This document shows positions 19,641 to 29,587 of a stretch of DNA of 64,000 nt, one piece after another. The notes beneath the pieces are model-generated. The model searched no databases. It saw nothing but the letters and a program-made list of their open reading frames with translations, and was not told where the DNA came from. The stretch lies in NCBI GenBank assembly GCA_000146465.1, contig CP001946.1; one strand, 5' to 3'. A program made the translations under genes and the position numbers. Each line of letters begins with the position of its first letter. Within the stretch, counting starts at the first letter, position 1.

Positions 19641-20270
19641 CTAGGACTTTGCCGCTCTTCTGAACATAAGAAAAAGAATGAAGAAAAATCCTATTGTCAG
19701 AGAGCTCCTTACAGAAAACTTTCTGACAAATCCGTCTATGACGTCTCCAAAAACCTCAGCTATGATTCGGGTGTACCCCACCGATCCGTATCCATTCTTG
19801 ATCACACATTCCCATTTGTTGCACAACTCTTCTATTGCTGGCACTCTTGTGGCTGGGTCGCATCTATTAATTCGGTAGGCCTCTCTTGCCTCCTCTATCT
19901 GATGCTTTATCTGTGTCCTTCTGTTGGTTATCTTATACCTTATGTCTCTTTGTAATCCTATCAACATGTATAGAACAATGTAGCACACAAATCCTATCAT
20001 AACCAAATTCAATGCCAGATGGAGGTATCCTATTGCCACCATAGGCAGCTGCCCAATACTCGAAGTAGAAGGCCATCTTATCCTCTTCAGAACCGCCTTT
20101 CTTCCAATACTTGAGAGCTTGACAATCTGAGTATGGTCTTCTCCAGCAATAGAGACGTCGATCTTACGTTTCTTCAGTGGCGACAAATGCGAGCACTTTG
20201 GAGTCCTCTGTTTGCTTGAACACTTCCAGTTAAACTCATGCTCCACATCCATAGGCGTCTCTCCTCCCAT
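19641..20270 (-). CDS. Brr6/Brl1-like nuclear-envelope protein (candidate)
   Basis: Two TM segments flank 'NRCDPATRVPAIEELCNKWECV', a C..P.....C..W.C arrangement like the Brr6 disulfide domain. Confidence 0.5.
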   Translation of the reverse strand: MGGETPMDVEHEFNWKCSSKQRTPKCSHLSPLKKRKIDVSIAGEDHTQIVKLSSIGRKAVLKRIRWPSTSSIGQLPMVAIGYLHLALNLVMIGFVCYIVLYMLIGLQRDIRYKITNRRTQIKHQIEEAREAYRINRCDPATRVPAIEELCNKWECVIKNGYGSVGYTRIIAEVFGDVIDGFVRKFSVRSSLTIGFFFILFLMFRRAAKS

Positions 20271-20367
20271 TCGAAGGATTCCAAATTCTGCTTTTTAAAA
20301 CATCGGAAATGGAAGGGACCATCTCATCATCAAGCTCTCAAAGACACTGTTCAATAAACTGGTTTTA

Positions 20368-20850
20368 TTAGAAGATCACTATATGAGGTTCGTAGCCAAC
20401 CTCAATAGGCTGATTGTTTTCAAGAGATATCACCATTTCCTTTCTTGGGCCCTCGATCTTCCTTTTGATTGGTGGAAGCACCATTCCCTTGGATTCGGCC
20501 TCCTTGGTCATCTCGGATATCTCACGGATCCTCTTCTGGCTCTCCTCGCAGCATCTGCTCTTTCTCACATGCTCAACACGTGCAATCACCTTCTTGATCA
20601 CATACTTCCCTCGAACTCTCTTGTAAAGGGCAATACCAACAGATCTGGGCTTTACGTCATAGACACGCCCTGTTCGCCCGTGGTAGTACTTGTGAGGCAT
20701 TCCTTTCATCATGGATGGATTCACCAAAATATCCACCATGTCTCCTATCTCATACTTCTCAAGATACCTTGATACATGTGCAACCCCATGTTTCCTGTGG
20801 TCTTGAGAAAACAGCGACCTGGTTCCTCTTCTGTATCCCTTGCTCCTCAT
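20368..20850 (-). CDS. RPL21: 60S ribosomal protein L21e
   Basis: 'MRSKGYRRGTRSLFSQDHRKHGV...GMPHKYYHGRTGRVYDV' aligns with RPL21. The track ORF begins at a TTG (20955). The ATG at 20850 has 'aaatttttc...gCCCtagaaATG'. Confidence 0.9.
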   Translation of the reverse strand: MRSKGYRRGTRSLFSQDHRKHGVAHVSRYLEKYEIGDMVDILVNPSMMKGMPHKYYHGRTGRVYDVKPRSVGIALYKRVRGKYVIKKVIARVEHVRKSRCCEESQKRIREISEMTKEAESKGMVLPPIKRKIEGPRKEMVISLENNQPIEVGYEPHIVIF

Positions 20851-20951
20851 TTCTAGGGCTGTTTTTGGAGTTTGAAAAATTTGCATCCCATGGGCATGCC
20901 AACCCAGGATTCCAAAGTTTATGACCCCACCAGTTCCAACCATTCTACACT

Positions 20952-21170
20952 TCAAGATGTTTCCTCCACCAGCACTATATCCTCTATAAACTCTCCCCGC
21001 ACAACAGCAGAGCTTTCGACATCATCGGGCTCGGTAATTTCAGACAGTACAATATTCATAAACGCATCGTATCCCGCCAATCGCCCCTTGATTACTTGCC
21101 CTCCTCCAATCCTCACTACAACTCTTTTATGCAGTAGTCCCGTTAGGTTTGGAACAGCTCTCTTTCCCAT
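20952..21170 (-). CDS. Sm-like protein (SmG/LSm family)
   Basis: Sm1/Sm2 blocks 'VVVRIGGGQVIKGRLAGYDAFMNIVL' and 'IRGEFI'. 'tatCCCCgATG' context. Confidence 0.7.
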   Translation of the reverse strand: MGKRAVPNLTGLLHKRVVVRIGGGQVIKGRLAGYDAFMNIVLSEITEPDDVESSAVVRGEFIEDIVLVEETS

Positions 21171-21321
21171 CGGGGATAGGAAGACATTTCATTTAACAAT
21201 TGATATGGGCTTCTTGGTTCCAGAATGGCACTCCCGGCCCAGATACACATTCATAATATATTCCAAAGGCACATGCAGGATGTCCGGGCCGATAGAATAG
21301 AACAAAAAATTTTCACCCTGA
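21171..21321. promoter_or_regulatory. divergent promoter region between the Sm-like gene and RPS9
   Basis: 150-bp spacer between head-to-head ATGs. It contains a GC-rich inverted element (CCCGGCCC ... GTCCGGGCC) and a CCC just 5' of each ATG. Confidence 0.4.
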
Positions 21322-21876
21322 ATGGCAGGCAAGAAGGGCAGCAAGAGAGCAAACACCCCGAGAGACCCGTTTGAAAAGGAAAGACTGATAAGAGAAATCC
21401 AGTTGGTTGGTGTGTATGGCCTGAAGAATAAGCACGAGCTCTGGACGATGGAGAAAATATTTTCAAAGGACAAGGAACGTGCACGTACACTCCTTACATC
21501 GACAAATCCAGAGGACATCCCTATCAATGGAAGGTGTCTTCTCAAGAAGCTGATGAAGTACGGAATACTCAATGGAATCGATCTTTGTGACAAGGAAAGA
21601 GTTATTGATGGTCTGAACAAGGTTCTTGACCTCACAATCAACCATTATCTGGAAAGACGTCTCCAGTTCCGAGTGTTTGCAGCAGGCCTAGCAAGGTCTG
21701 TGCACCACGCAAGAGTTCTTATCAGAGGAAGATGCATCTCAATCAAGGACCAGATTGTCGATGTCCCAGGCTTCATGGTAAGGGCAGATAAAGAGCCGCT
21801 CATCGAATACAACCCATACTCACGCTTTGGAGACAAAGGTAAAAAGAAAGCAGAGGCTACTGTGGAAAGGGGATGA
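21322..21876 (+). CDS. RPS9: 40S ribosomal protein S9 (uS4)
   Basis: '[28 protein letters not shown]' and the S4 domain '[32 protein letters not shown]'. 'tcaCCCtgaATG' context. Confidence 0.9.
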   Translation: MAGKKGSKRANTPRDPFEKERLIREIQLVGVYGLKNKHELWTMEKIFSKDKERARTLLTSTNPEDIPINGRCLLKKLMKYGILNGIDLCDKERVIDGLNKVLDLTINHYLERRLQFRVFAAGLARSVHHARVLIRGRCISIKDQIVDVPGFMVRADKEPLIEYNPYSRFGDKGKKKAEATVERG

Positions 21877-22629
21877 TTATTTAATAAAACTTTTATCCTT
21901 TTGACTTTCTTCCCGGATGCTATCAATGCTTTTCCCATACCACTTGTCCATTGTACAGAATACCCTTTGCTGGACAGATGTTATAACGCTTCTCATGGCC
22001 TTTTCTATCTCTGCAGAAACCCACCCCATCATGTAATTGTTGATCTCCACTGTTAAATGCTTATAGGACACCATCATCGGCATTCCTCTATTCTTGTATG
22101 TTTCTATCCAATTTTCATCCAGCCTTCCACGGCCACTCTCCTCATGGTAATAAACAGAAGGATCAAAGATGGGATTGATTGGAGGGGAGTTTAGATCCAA
22201 TCTGATGCTTTCGACCCCACTGATGCGTGCAGGATCGTACTCAAACGGATTCTCAAGAATCTCTGCTCCATCCTTGTTAACTGTGTTGAAAACCATGTTG
22301 AATGTGTCATTGGAGAAGTATCTATTTCTGTAGAATGTATGGCATTTAGTGTAGGCATTGTATGAGATTTCCTCGACTATGCATGCATCCTCTGGAATAA
22401 GGCTGTGAAGCATACGCGGGAACCGGGATTTTAAGTACATGACTTTATGTGTTTTGCTGACCTTTCCAAGTGTCTCGTGCACAACACTTTCTGCTTTCAG
22501 GATCTCTACCTTCAAGCCCCCGGCATTTTCTGATTCGGTCATTGCTGTGACTGTATAGAAGTGGCCCACTGCATACTCGTCGGTGGTCATCGGAAGAACT
22601 GTTACATATATCTTCTCCACCTTGGCCAT
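21877..22629 (-). CDS. phosphatidylinositol transfer protein (PITP)
   Basis: 'KIYVTVLPMTTDEYAVGHFYTVTAMTESENAGG...VEIL' aligns with the PITP-alpha N-terminus; 'CHTFYRNRYFSNDTFNMVFNT' also matches. The upstream ATG at 22827 adds 66 low-complexity residues overlapping the helicase 3' end, so I chose M67. Confidence 0.8.
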   Translation of the reverse strand: MAKVEKIYVTVLPMTTDEYAVGHFYTVTAMTESENAGGLKVEILKAESVVHETLGKVSKTHKVMYLKSRFPRMLHSLIPEDACIVEEISYNAYTKCHTFYRNRYFSNDTFNMVFNTVNKDGAEILENPFEYDPARISGVESIRLDLNSPPINPIFDPSVYYHEESGRGRLDENWIETYKNRGMPMMVSYKHLTVEINNYMMGWVSAEIEKAMRSVITSVQQRVFCTMDKWYGKSIDSIREESQKDKSFIK

Positions 22630-22744
22630 TGTGTTCCGGAGTCTCCCTTTATTTATCATAGAAGCATCCAGCAGCATTATGAACTTGACAATTAAAATAA
22701 GCAAAAGGAGGTAGTCAGGATGACGTGAAATAGAAAGTTTTAAT

Positions 22745-25700
22745 CTAGGCGAACATGGCCTTGAACTTGGGCTCGAACATAGAATGGAAGCGCACAATCT
22801 TTGATCTGTCCTCGTCACATAGACCATAGGTGTCGTACAGCTTTATAAGAGACAGAATAACATTGTTAACTACATTCAGCGACTTGAAAAGCTCTCCTGT
22901 TCCAATGCAGTTCTCTTCTGCAATTCGGTTCCAATTTCCGTGGCGGAAGAAGTCTACTAGATATGAGTTCTTTACCTTGTCGAGATTCTTCACACTTAAA
23001 AAGGAGTCGATAATATGAAGGGGTGTATCCGACATCTCCTGCAAAGACTTCAGAATTGGAGAGTATAGCCGGGTGACGCAAGCCTTGGAGATACTGTTGA
23101 TTTTCTTGCAAAACTCGTAAACAGCCGGGTCCAAAGGAGGGAGCGTGCATCCCATATCAAATAGAAGAGGCTTTGTTTCAAAGAAATGTGCCAGTGCATT
23201 CATAAGGGTGGTAGGGTCCAGAGGAAGGACTCTGCTCTCCAGAAGAAGTGCAAACGACAGGATCTCTGGATCAGAGTCCCTGTTTCCTATAACAAGGTCG
23301 CAAAGATAAGACCTTGGGAGGAAGTATGGATTGAGGAGTCTGAGTTGGTAGTCTACAAGCTCGGCTCTCTTTTCCTCGGATTCATATATGTTACTTAGGT
23401 CGTAAGAAGATGAGCTGTTCTCAGATATGGAAAGCTTTCCAATAGACCTTCCAAGCTCGTCTTGATTGCTATAGAGAGTACTCTCGAGCAAAGGATTCTT
23501 TACAAGGGAATCCTTCATATTAAACCCGACAAAGCTTGTGTTTGTGTAGGTGTAAACACCTTTTATGTTCGGCAGGAGAGACACCATGAGGTTCTGCACC
23601 CGTTGCTTTGGTATTCCCATGAACACTACATTTCCTAGAGTGTCAAAACCCCTTCTTCCAGCTCTCCCCGCCATTTGCTTGTAATTCATTGGGTCCAGCT
23701 GCAAGGAGTCCCCGGCAAAAACAACGGTTCTGCAGGGCATGTTAATTCCAAGAGCTAGAGTCTCCGTTGCAAACAGAACTTGCAGGTGCTTCTGCCTGAA
23801 CAGGATTTCAACAAGAGATCTATACTTCCTATTCAGATGTGCATGGTGAACCCCTATTCCGCGATAAAGCATGTCAATAAACTCAAAGTCTGTGTTCTTT
23901 ATGAACTTCGTCTCTTCCGAGATCTCGTAATCAGTCAGCTTTGTAAGAGGATCAAGAAAGGTATATTTGATGTTCTTCTTATCACTCCTCATCTGGAAGC
24001 TCTTCTCTGCTGCAATCGACTCTTCAATCCAGCTTTCCTTTGTCTTCTCCACATCTCTGGTCCTCTTTGCTTCCTTCTTCATCTTTTCTATTAGCTTGTT
24101 CTTCTTCTTTTCCATATCCTGAGACTCTAGCTGCCTGTATACTTTCAGGGCAAGCTTACTAGCAAAGTCCCTGTCTGTGTTAAAGACAATGCATGGAAAC
24201 ATACCCCGCTCCTTAAGCTCCATAAGAAGATCCAGAATGTTTTCAAGAAGATAATCGGTGCTATAGTCCACAACAGTCTCAAAAGCCTTTCTTGCTTCCT
24301 TTGTCTGTAACTTATAAACATACTTCACCTGCTTTTCATTTAGTAGGTCTCCTTCAATCATCTCCTGAAAAGTTTCAAGAAGATACTTTCCATACTCGCG
24401 AACCTCTTTCTTCGTCACTATGTTACTTTTGAAAAAGTTTTCGGGCGTTATTCTGTCTATAAGATGCTCTTGATCCTTACTAAGCACAGCACATATCGAA
24501 TCATATAGATGGAGAAGCTCTTCGGGAAGGAAGCTCATGTCATTTCCAAACCCAAACTTCTTGATATGTGAATACGAATATGCAAACAGATTGTTTATCG
24601 CCACCATCTTGGGCTCAAATCCATGGGAGTAGACATAAGGCTTCAGCTCGCAGTATCTCTCATCATAGGAAACAAGCTCGCATTCCCTTCCCTTTTCTTT
24701 CTCAATCTTCTTCATCCATCCATAAAATCCCTCGATGTTTCCAAGCGTTGCACTAAGAACCAGCATAGGACATGGCGACAGATGAATTATCCTCTCAATC
24801 GGAATCCCCATCTCCTCGCTGCTAATCTTATGCACTTCATCAATAATTATATACCTGACTCTTTCGATAAAGCCCTTCGGGGGTGTGTTCAGCACAGACT
24901 CCAGAAGAGAAGGAATCACTATTAGCACCTGGCAGTTCCAAGGTGCTATTGAAAACTCCTTCATAAGGCTCCCTTGTAAGAAGGTCTTGGAATTCACTTT
25001 CGGAGTAAACCGGGCATAGATGTCTGCAGACACCTGATTGACAAGGGCCTTGGTAGGAAGGCAGAAGATTACCACGTCTGTGTCACTCTCCTTCAGAACC
25101 TTCTCAATTGCGTAGAAGCAGATAAACGTCTTTCCAGCACTTGTCGGTGCAGATATTACTGCACTCTTGTTCTGGTCGACAACATCAAGAAGTCGCACCT
25201 GCCACTCGTCTGGATTGAACAGAACACGTGGATCCTTCTTTGAATTCACACTTCTTTGAAGCTTGTCTCCAGTATGCTTCAGTTGGAAGCAAATGTCAAA
25301 CTCACTAGGCGCACTTGTGTCGTCAGTAAAGAATTCAAGATTCAGGCCTTCCAGGCCATTCTTCTCAACTAGCTCTCTAACAGTGGCCTCAAATCCACAT
25401 CCAATAAGATTCTGGAACACAAACTCCAACTCTGCATCGGGTGCCTGATCCTCCTTCCCGAGCCTTCCAAATTCACGGATGTACTCCATGCAGCTTAGGT
25501 AGCAGGGCACAATGATACCTTCATCACAATCTTCCGATCTCTTCTTAAGATTCCACATGTCTGCATAGAACTCTATCTTCAGGAGAAGAACCCTCCTGTA
25601 GATCCCAGACCCGTCCCGTTTGACGCTTTCCAACAGACTTCTCTTTCCTTGGTAGTCAAGAACCTTGTACTTTCCAAAAAAGTTCCGGAGCCAAGATGCC

Positions 25701-26752
25701 TCCTTTACTTTTCTTTCTTCCTTCATTCTTTTCTCATTTTCTTCTATAATTTGCTTTTGCTTCTGTGATATTTTAGGAGGCTTCCCTCCCTTGGTCCTGA
25801 CAATCGGAGTGTATAATAGCTTCCCGTCAAACAGAGACTGTGCTGACTTTCTTACATTCTTCATATGTGCTGCTGCCGATGCTGGGCTCACCTCCTTTCC
25901 ACTTATAAGCAAGTCTAATTCCATCTCGAGATTTTTACTTTCAATATCCCTGTGGTTGTTTCCAATCAAGTCTTGATATTCCATACACTTTGGATCTTCT
26001 CCCATCTCCATTTCCCCAAGAAGAAGCCTCCCATCAAAGTCCATGGTCCTCTCAGGACTTTCATTCCTGAACATCCAGACAAGCTTTCTGCATAATTCCA
26101 TAGGCACCGAAAGCTTGCAAGGCCCAAAACTCTTGGTTCTTGTCTTGAACAATCTGTCAATTGTCTCAATGCTCATTTCTGCATTAATCTTCTTAATTTC
26201 CGTGTCCACATCCCCGTCGCTTCCTTCATCGCTTTCCTCGTCTAAAGGTTTCGTGGCCTTCCTCCCGGTCTTACGGTCAAGAGGAGAATAGACAAATGCA
26301 TAGACACTCGGGATCCTAAATTCCATCTGATCTAGAACCCCACAGTACAGGCTAATTCCAAGACATTCGTACAGGAACTCAAGCTCGCCCTTCTCAGTCC
26401 CTCCAAGAACAAGAGCAACTCTTTCATTCTCAATGTACTCATAAACCTTTGAAATGTCCATGCAATCAAATCTTCTCATCAAACATTCCTTGATAACCCT
26501 TCTGTGCCCAGACTCTGCCCGGAAAAACATCATGATGTTATCAAACCCAACCTTCTGTAGGTTCGACATCATAAATCGGATCCCATGGATGTATGTATGT
26601 AGAGGAAGACTCTCATAGCTAACCCCATATCTCTTGCTGATACTGCTTATAAGAGCCCCTCCATCCACTATGAGATGCCCTATCCCTGTGAACTGTGCAG
26701 AGATGTTCGTATACACCGGATGCTTTGTCCTGAAGTATTCTTCATAGTCCAT
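22745..26752 (-). CDS. Ski2-like DExH-box superfamily-2 RNA helicase with a long N-terminal extension
   Basis: Motif I 'ISAPTSAGKTF', II 'IIIDEVHKI', III 'LSATLGN', V 'FATETLALGINMPCRTVVF', VI 'QMAGRAGRRGFD'. The track start is TTG. The ATG at M17 has 'aaatttttgCCCtgaaaATG'. Confidence 0.75.
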   Translation of the reverse strand: MDYEEYFRTKHPVYTNISAQFTGIGHLIVDGGALISSISKRYGVSYESLPLHTYIHGIRFMMSNLQKVGFDNIMMFFRAESGHRRVIKECLMRRFDCMDISKVYEYIENERVALVLGGTEKGELEFLYECLGISLYCGVLDQMEFRIPSVYAFVYSPLDRKTGRKATKPLDEESDEGSDGDVDTEIKKINAEMSIETIDRLFKTRTKSFGPCKLSVPMELCRKLVWMFRNESPERTMDFDGRLLLGEMEMGEDPKCMEYQDLIGNNHRDIESKNLEMELDLLISGKEVSPASAAAHMKNVRKSAQSLFDGKLLYTPIVRTKGGKPPKISQKQKQIIEENEKRMKEERKVKEASWLRNFFGKYKVLDYQGKRSLLESVKRDGSGIYRRVLLLKIEFYADMWNLKKRSEDCDEGIIVPCYLSCMEYIREFGRLGKEDQAPDAELEFVFQNLIGCGFEATVRELVEKNGLEGLNLEFFTDDTSAPSEFDICFQLKHTGDKLQRSVNSKKDPRVLFNPDEWQVRLLDVVDQNKSAVISAPTSAGKTFICFYAIEKVLKESDTDVVIFCLPTKALVNQVSADIYARFTPKVNSKTFLQGSLMKEFSIAPWNCQVLIVIPSLLESVLNTPPKGFIERVRYIIIDEVHKISSEEMGIPIERIIHLSPCPMLVLSATLGNIEGFYGWMKKIEKEKGRECELVSYDERYCELKPYVYSHGFEPKMVAINNLFAYSYSHIKKFGFGNDMSFLPEELLHLYDSICAVLSKDQEHLIDRITPENFFKSNIVTKKEVREYGKYLLETFQEMIEGDLLNEKQVKYVYKLQTKEARKAFETVVDYSTDYLLENILDLLMELKERGMFPCIVFNTDRDFASKLALKVYRQLESQDMEKKKNKLIEKMKKEAKRTRDVEKTKESWIEESIAAEKSFQMRSDKKNIKYTFLDPLTKLTDYEISEETKFIKNTDFEFIDMLYRGIGVHHAHLNRKYRSLVEILFRQKHLQVLFATETLALGINMPCRTVVFAGDSLQLDPMNYKQMAGRAGRRGFDTLGNVVFMGIPKQRVQNLMVSLLPNIKGVYTYTNTSFVGFNMKDSLVKNPLLESTLYSNQDELGRSIGKLSISENSSSSYDLSNIYESEEKRAELVDYQLRLLNPYFLPRSYLCDLVIGNRDSDPEILSFALLLESRVLPLDPTTLMNALAHFFETKPLLFDMGCTLPPLDPAVYEFCKKINSISKACVTRLYSPILKSLQEMSDTPLHIIDSFLSVKNLDKVKNSYLVDFFRHGNWNRIAEENCIGTGELFKSLNVVNNVILSLIKLYDTYGLCDEDRSKIVRFHSMFEPKFKAMFA

Positions 26753-26824
26753 TTTCAGGGCAAAAATTTCTCCTGTGTTTTGCCGCCTTGGAAAAGACAA
26801 AAAGACATCTAAAACCGTATTTAA

Positions 26825-27571
26825 TCATCTTCTCGATCTTTTCTTACCTGTATACCTCGTGTTCCGTGGAACTTCGACGCCTTTAAGCTTTAGTTTCTCT
26901 TTTCTTCTTAGAATTGCATCTATTCTTCCAATCCCCTTCTTCTTCCTCTCCTTTCTGCATCTTGCTTCCCTGTTAGATGTAAGAACCAAAAAGCTCTTGA
27001 CATTTCGTGTTCCTTCGTTGTCTATTTGTATCCCTCCACTAAATCCTGCACGAATAGCCTCACTCTTCAACATCTCGATCTGATTTTGGCTCTTCAGATA
27101 AAATTGAAGGACACATTTAGCATCGGGCTTACAGACAGAATAGAGGGTTGTGAAGAATGTTCTGATTCTGCGCACAGGATGATCTTCCGATGAGTACGAG
27201 TGGAATAGCCATTGGATTGCACTGACACTCACCACTCCGTCAAATGTCCCGGGTTGAAAGTCCAGTCCCTTTCCCATATCCATTCTTATGTATCCAACCC
27301 CTTCTTCTCTTTCCATTCCGAGCTTCAACATTTCCATGCTTATGTCAATCCCAACCCATGGATATCCGTTTTCTGTGAGAACAGACCCACTAAGTCCAGA
27401 CCCACAGCCAACATCTAGGAGTAGTCCTCCATCCTTTGCCTCAAGGAGCTCAAGACATCTAAGAGCAAGTAGTCTTTGGATATAGACTATTCTGCTGTTT
27501 TGCGTATACTTCAAAGATTCTTCTTCGTCGTAGTACAGTTCTGCCGGCCCAGAATGCTCGGGAATCCCCAT
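26825..27571 (-). CDS. BUD23: 18S rRNA (guanine-N7)-methyltransferase Bud23
   Basis: SAM motif 'LLDVGCGSGLSG', 'IDISMEML', 'AIQWL', and a basic C-terminal tail. The internal ATG with 'tagCCCtcATG' fits the Bud23 N-terminus. Confidence 0.85.
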   Translation of the reverse strand: MGIPEHSGPAELYYDEEESLKYTQNSRIVYIQRLLALRCLELLEAKDGGLLLDVGCGSGLSGSVLTENGYPWVGIDISMEMLKLGMEREEGVGYIRMDMGKGLDFQPGTFDGVVSVSAIQWLFHSYSSEDHPVRRIRTFFTTLYSVCKPDAKCVLQFYLKSQNQIEMLKSEAIRAGFSGGIQIDNEGTRNVKSFLVLTSNREARCRKERKKKGIGRIDAILRRKEKLKLKGVEVPRNTRYTGKKRSRR

Positions 27572-27679
27572 GAGGGCTAAATTCATGCTTCAGATAATGG
27601 GAAGGAGTAAGACATACCTCCCAAGCATACTCCAAGGAACCAAGCATTTAAAAATAAATCAAACCGAATACTCCCACCC

Positions 27680-28432
27680 ATGAGTATAGCATACGAGGTT
27701 CTTGGCGTGAAAAGATGCGCCCGCTCCGGTGCCGAATTCGAAAGAGATTTGAAGAAGTTTTCCATAGCAGAGAAGATAATGATATTGATATTTTACTTAC
27801 TTCCAATTCTTATTCCCTCCACCGCCAAGTCGATAGACACACTCACTAATCTTGTCTTTCCCCTCTCTATGGGGTTGTCCACCTTTTCGTTCATGCCGAT
27901 AGCTACCAGAGCAGCCCGCAGATTCTTTGACTCAGATGTTGTTAGGATCGTCACTCTGCACAGCTTGATAGTTACAATCTACATACTCATGGTGTTTGCC
28001 TCTTCTCTTCGTGTGTCTAATATCTTCTACAGCGACAACTTCCTCGAGTCAAGCGGGTCTAGCGGAGAAATGGCATACAGAATGGTTATCCTTATTTCAT
28101 ATCTATTCTATGAATCAGGAAGACTCATTAATCGATCCAAAGGGCTTTGCAAACGATTTGTAGTGGTGTCTCAGCTTGCCGGAGCTCTTCTAACGGGAGT
28201 ATCTGCAGTTGTATGCAGGATGGGGCTTATCCCTGATTCCTTACTTCACCAACTGTTCTTCTGCTGTGGTGTTGTTTCGATCATAATGTCCTTAGCATTG
28301 GATAGTTTCCCAAGCATGATAACTCTGAAGAAGGATTTGGACATACTTCCACTCATTGGAGCAGGCGGATGTCTTTTTAATGCATTTCTTGGAACTTATA
28401 TGATACTTCCCAGCCTCCCCCTCAACCAATAA
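27680..28432 (+). CDS. multi-pass membrane protein (hypothetical)
   Basis: About six hydrophobic segments. 'CCCaCCCATG' context. Confidence 0.45.
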   Translation: MSIAYEVLGVKRCARSGAEFERDLKKFSIAEKIMILIFYLLPILIPSTAKSIDTLTNLVFPLSMGLSTFSFMPIATRAARRFFDSDVVRIVTLHSLIVTIYILMVFASSLRVSNIFYSDNFLESSGSSGEMAYRMVILISYLFYESGRLINRSKGLCKRFVVVSQLAGALLTGVSAVVCRMGLIPDSLLHQLFFCCGVVSIIMSLALDSFPSMITLKKDLDILPLIGAGGCLFNAFLGTYMILPSLPLNQ

Positions 28433-28459
28433 ATCTCTCATTAATAATATCTTGGCTTC

Positions 28460-29533
28460 TTACCAGTCAACCTTGAAATCTATTCTTTTTACACTTACCG
28501 GTCTAAACGTCCTTTTTTCTTCCAACCCCGGGTCCGAGTAATAGATCTCAGGCTGTTCCTTTCCATAGATGTTATATTCTGCAGAATCTACCTCGACACT
28601 ATTGATTCTTTCTTGCCCAGGCCCTCCAATGCAGCTGTTCTTGCATAGAAATACCTCTGCCATTTTGTATTTTGGGCCTTTCGTCTTACTGATCTTGAAA
28701 TAGTTAATGGAGTTCTCCAGGCCTGTTATTTGAGATACTATTCCACCATCATCTACCATGTACTCCCTGATTCCGTTTCTATCCTTTATTTTCTTTACAG
28801 AACGATGTTTGGAAAGTATGAACTCCGCATATCCCCCCGAGCTTGTTCCAATGTTCCATTGTGTTACCTCCATATCTTCTATCTCATGGTGATTCCAGGA
28901 ATTGGCTTTGAGAAACAGTTCAAACTCAAGCTCGTCAAGAACCCTCCGGAATTCTCTTGTGGTAAGGACATGATCAAACTTAACTCCATCTCTTCCACTT
29001 TCCAGTTTCTTGTCTTGGCAAGGCATCACACTTACTGTTCTGTCTCCTTTCACAAGGGAGAAGGCCATCTGTTGGGGAGACTTAACTCTCGACAGATAGT
29101 CTATGAGGTGGGGAGCAGTTCTCTCAACATAGGCAACAACACCCGGACATGCGCTGATCACCAGATGGTCTGTTGCCAGATACTCCTTGTAGATCTCTTT
29201 GTAGATTTTTCTTCTCATGCTAGAAGTGTCAACTATCCTGCGTACATTGAGCTTAGCTCTGAGGAACGAGGAGAGAGCACCTTCAAATTCTCTGTAGCTC
29301 ATATTTCCCTTTCCGTAGATGTTAAAGATGTTTACTTTCGATTGAGGAGAAAGAACAAAAGATGTTTGCGGGGCAGAATCTCGGACAAAGGAAATATCAG
29401 CAGAGAGTGCGCCAGCCTCATCTGTGGTCACACATCCACTACATGCAAGGCAATCGCTTAAAGATAAGTTGAATGGTGTATCTGTCTTAATGCATTTCTG
29501 ATTGTTCTTCGAAAGACCTGCAAAGAAGGACAT
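28460..29533 (-). CDS. NAR1: cytosolic Fe-S assembly factor Nar1 (Fe-hydrogenase-like, NARFL)
   Basis: N-terminal cluster 'CLACSGCVT', 'ISACPGVVAYVE', and H-cluster-like 'VMPCQDKKLE'. Confidence 0.85.
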   Translation of the reverse strand: MSFFAGLSKNNQKCIKTDTPFNLSLSDCLACSGCVTTDEAGALSADISFVRDSAPQTSFVLSPQSKVNIFNIYGKGNMSYREFEGALSSFLRAKLNVRRIVDTSSMRRKIYKEIYKEYLATDHLVISACPGVVAYVERTAPHLIDYLSRVKSPQQMAFSLVKGDRTVSVMPCQDKKLESGRDGVKFDHVLTTREFRRVLDELEFELFLKANSWNHHEIEDMEVTQWNIGTSSGGYAEFILSKHRSVKKIKDRNGIREYMVDDGGIVSQITGLENSINYFKISKTKGPKYKMAEVFLCKNSCIGGPGQERINSVEVDSAEYNIYGKEQPEIYYSDPGLEEKRTFRPVSVKRIDFKVDW

Positions 29534-29587
29534 TGTGGTTTTGCAGGGGATTTCGCTTCTGAAGAATTGTTGCCATGGATCCCTTGA

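Noticed and set aside
22630-22827. N-terminal 66-aa extension of the PITP ORF from the ATG at 22827
   Set aside because: The extension is low-complexity, has no PITP homology, and would overlap the 3' end of the helicase gene. PITP homology begins at M67.
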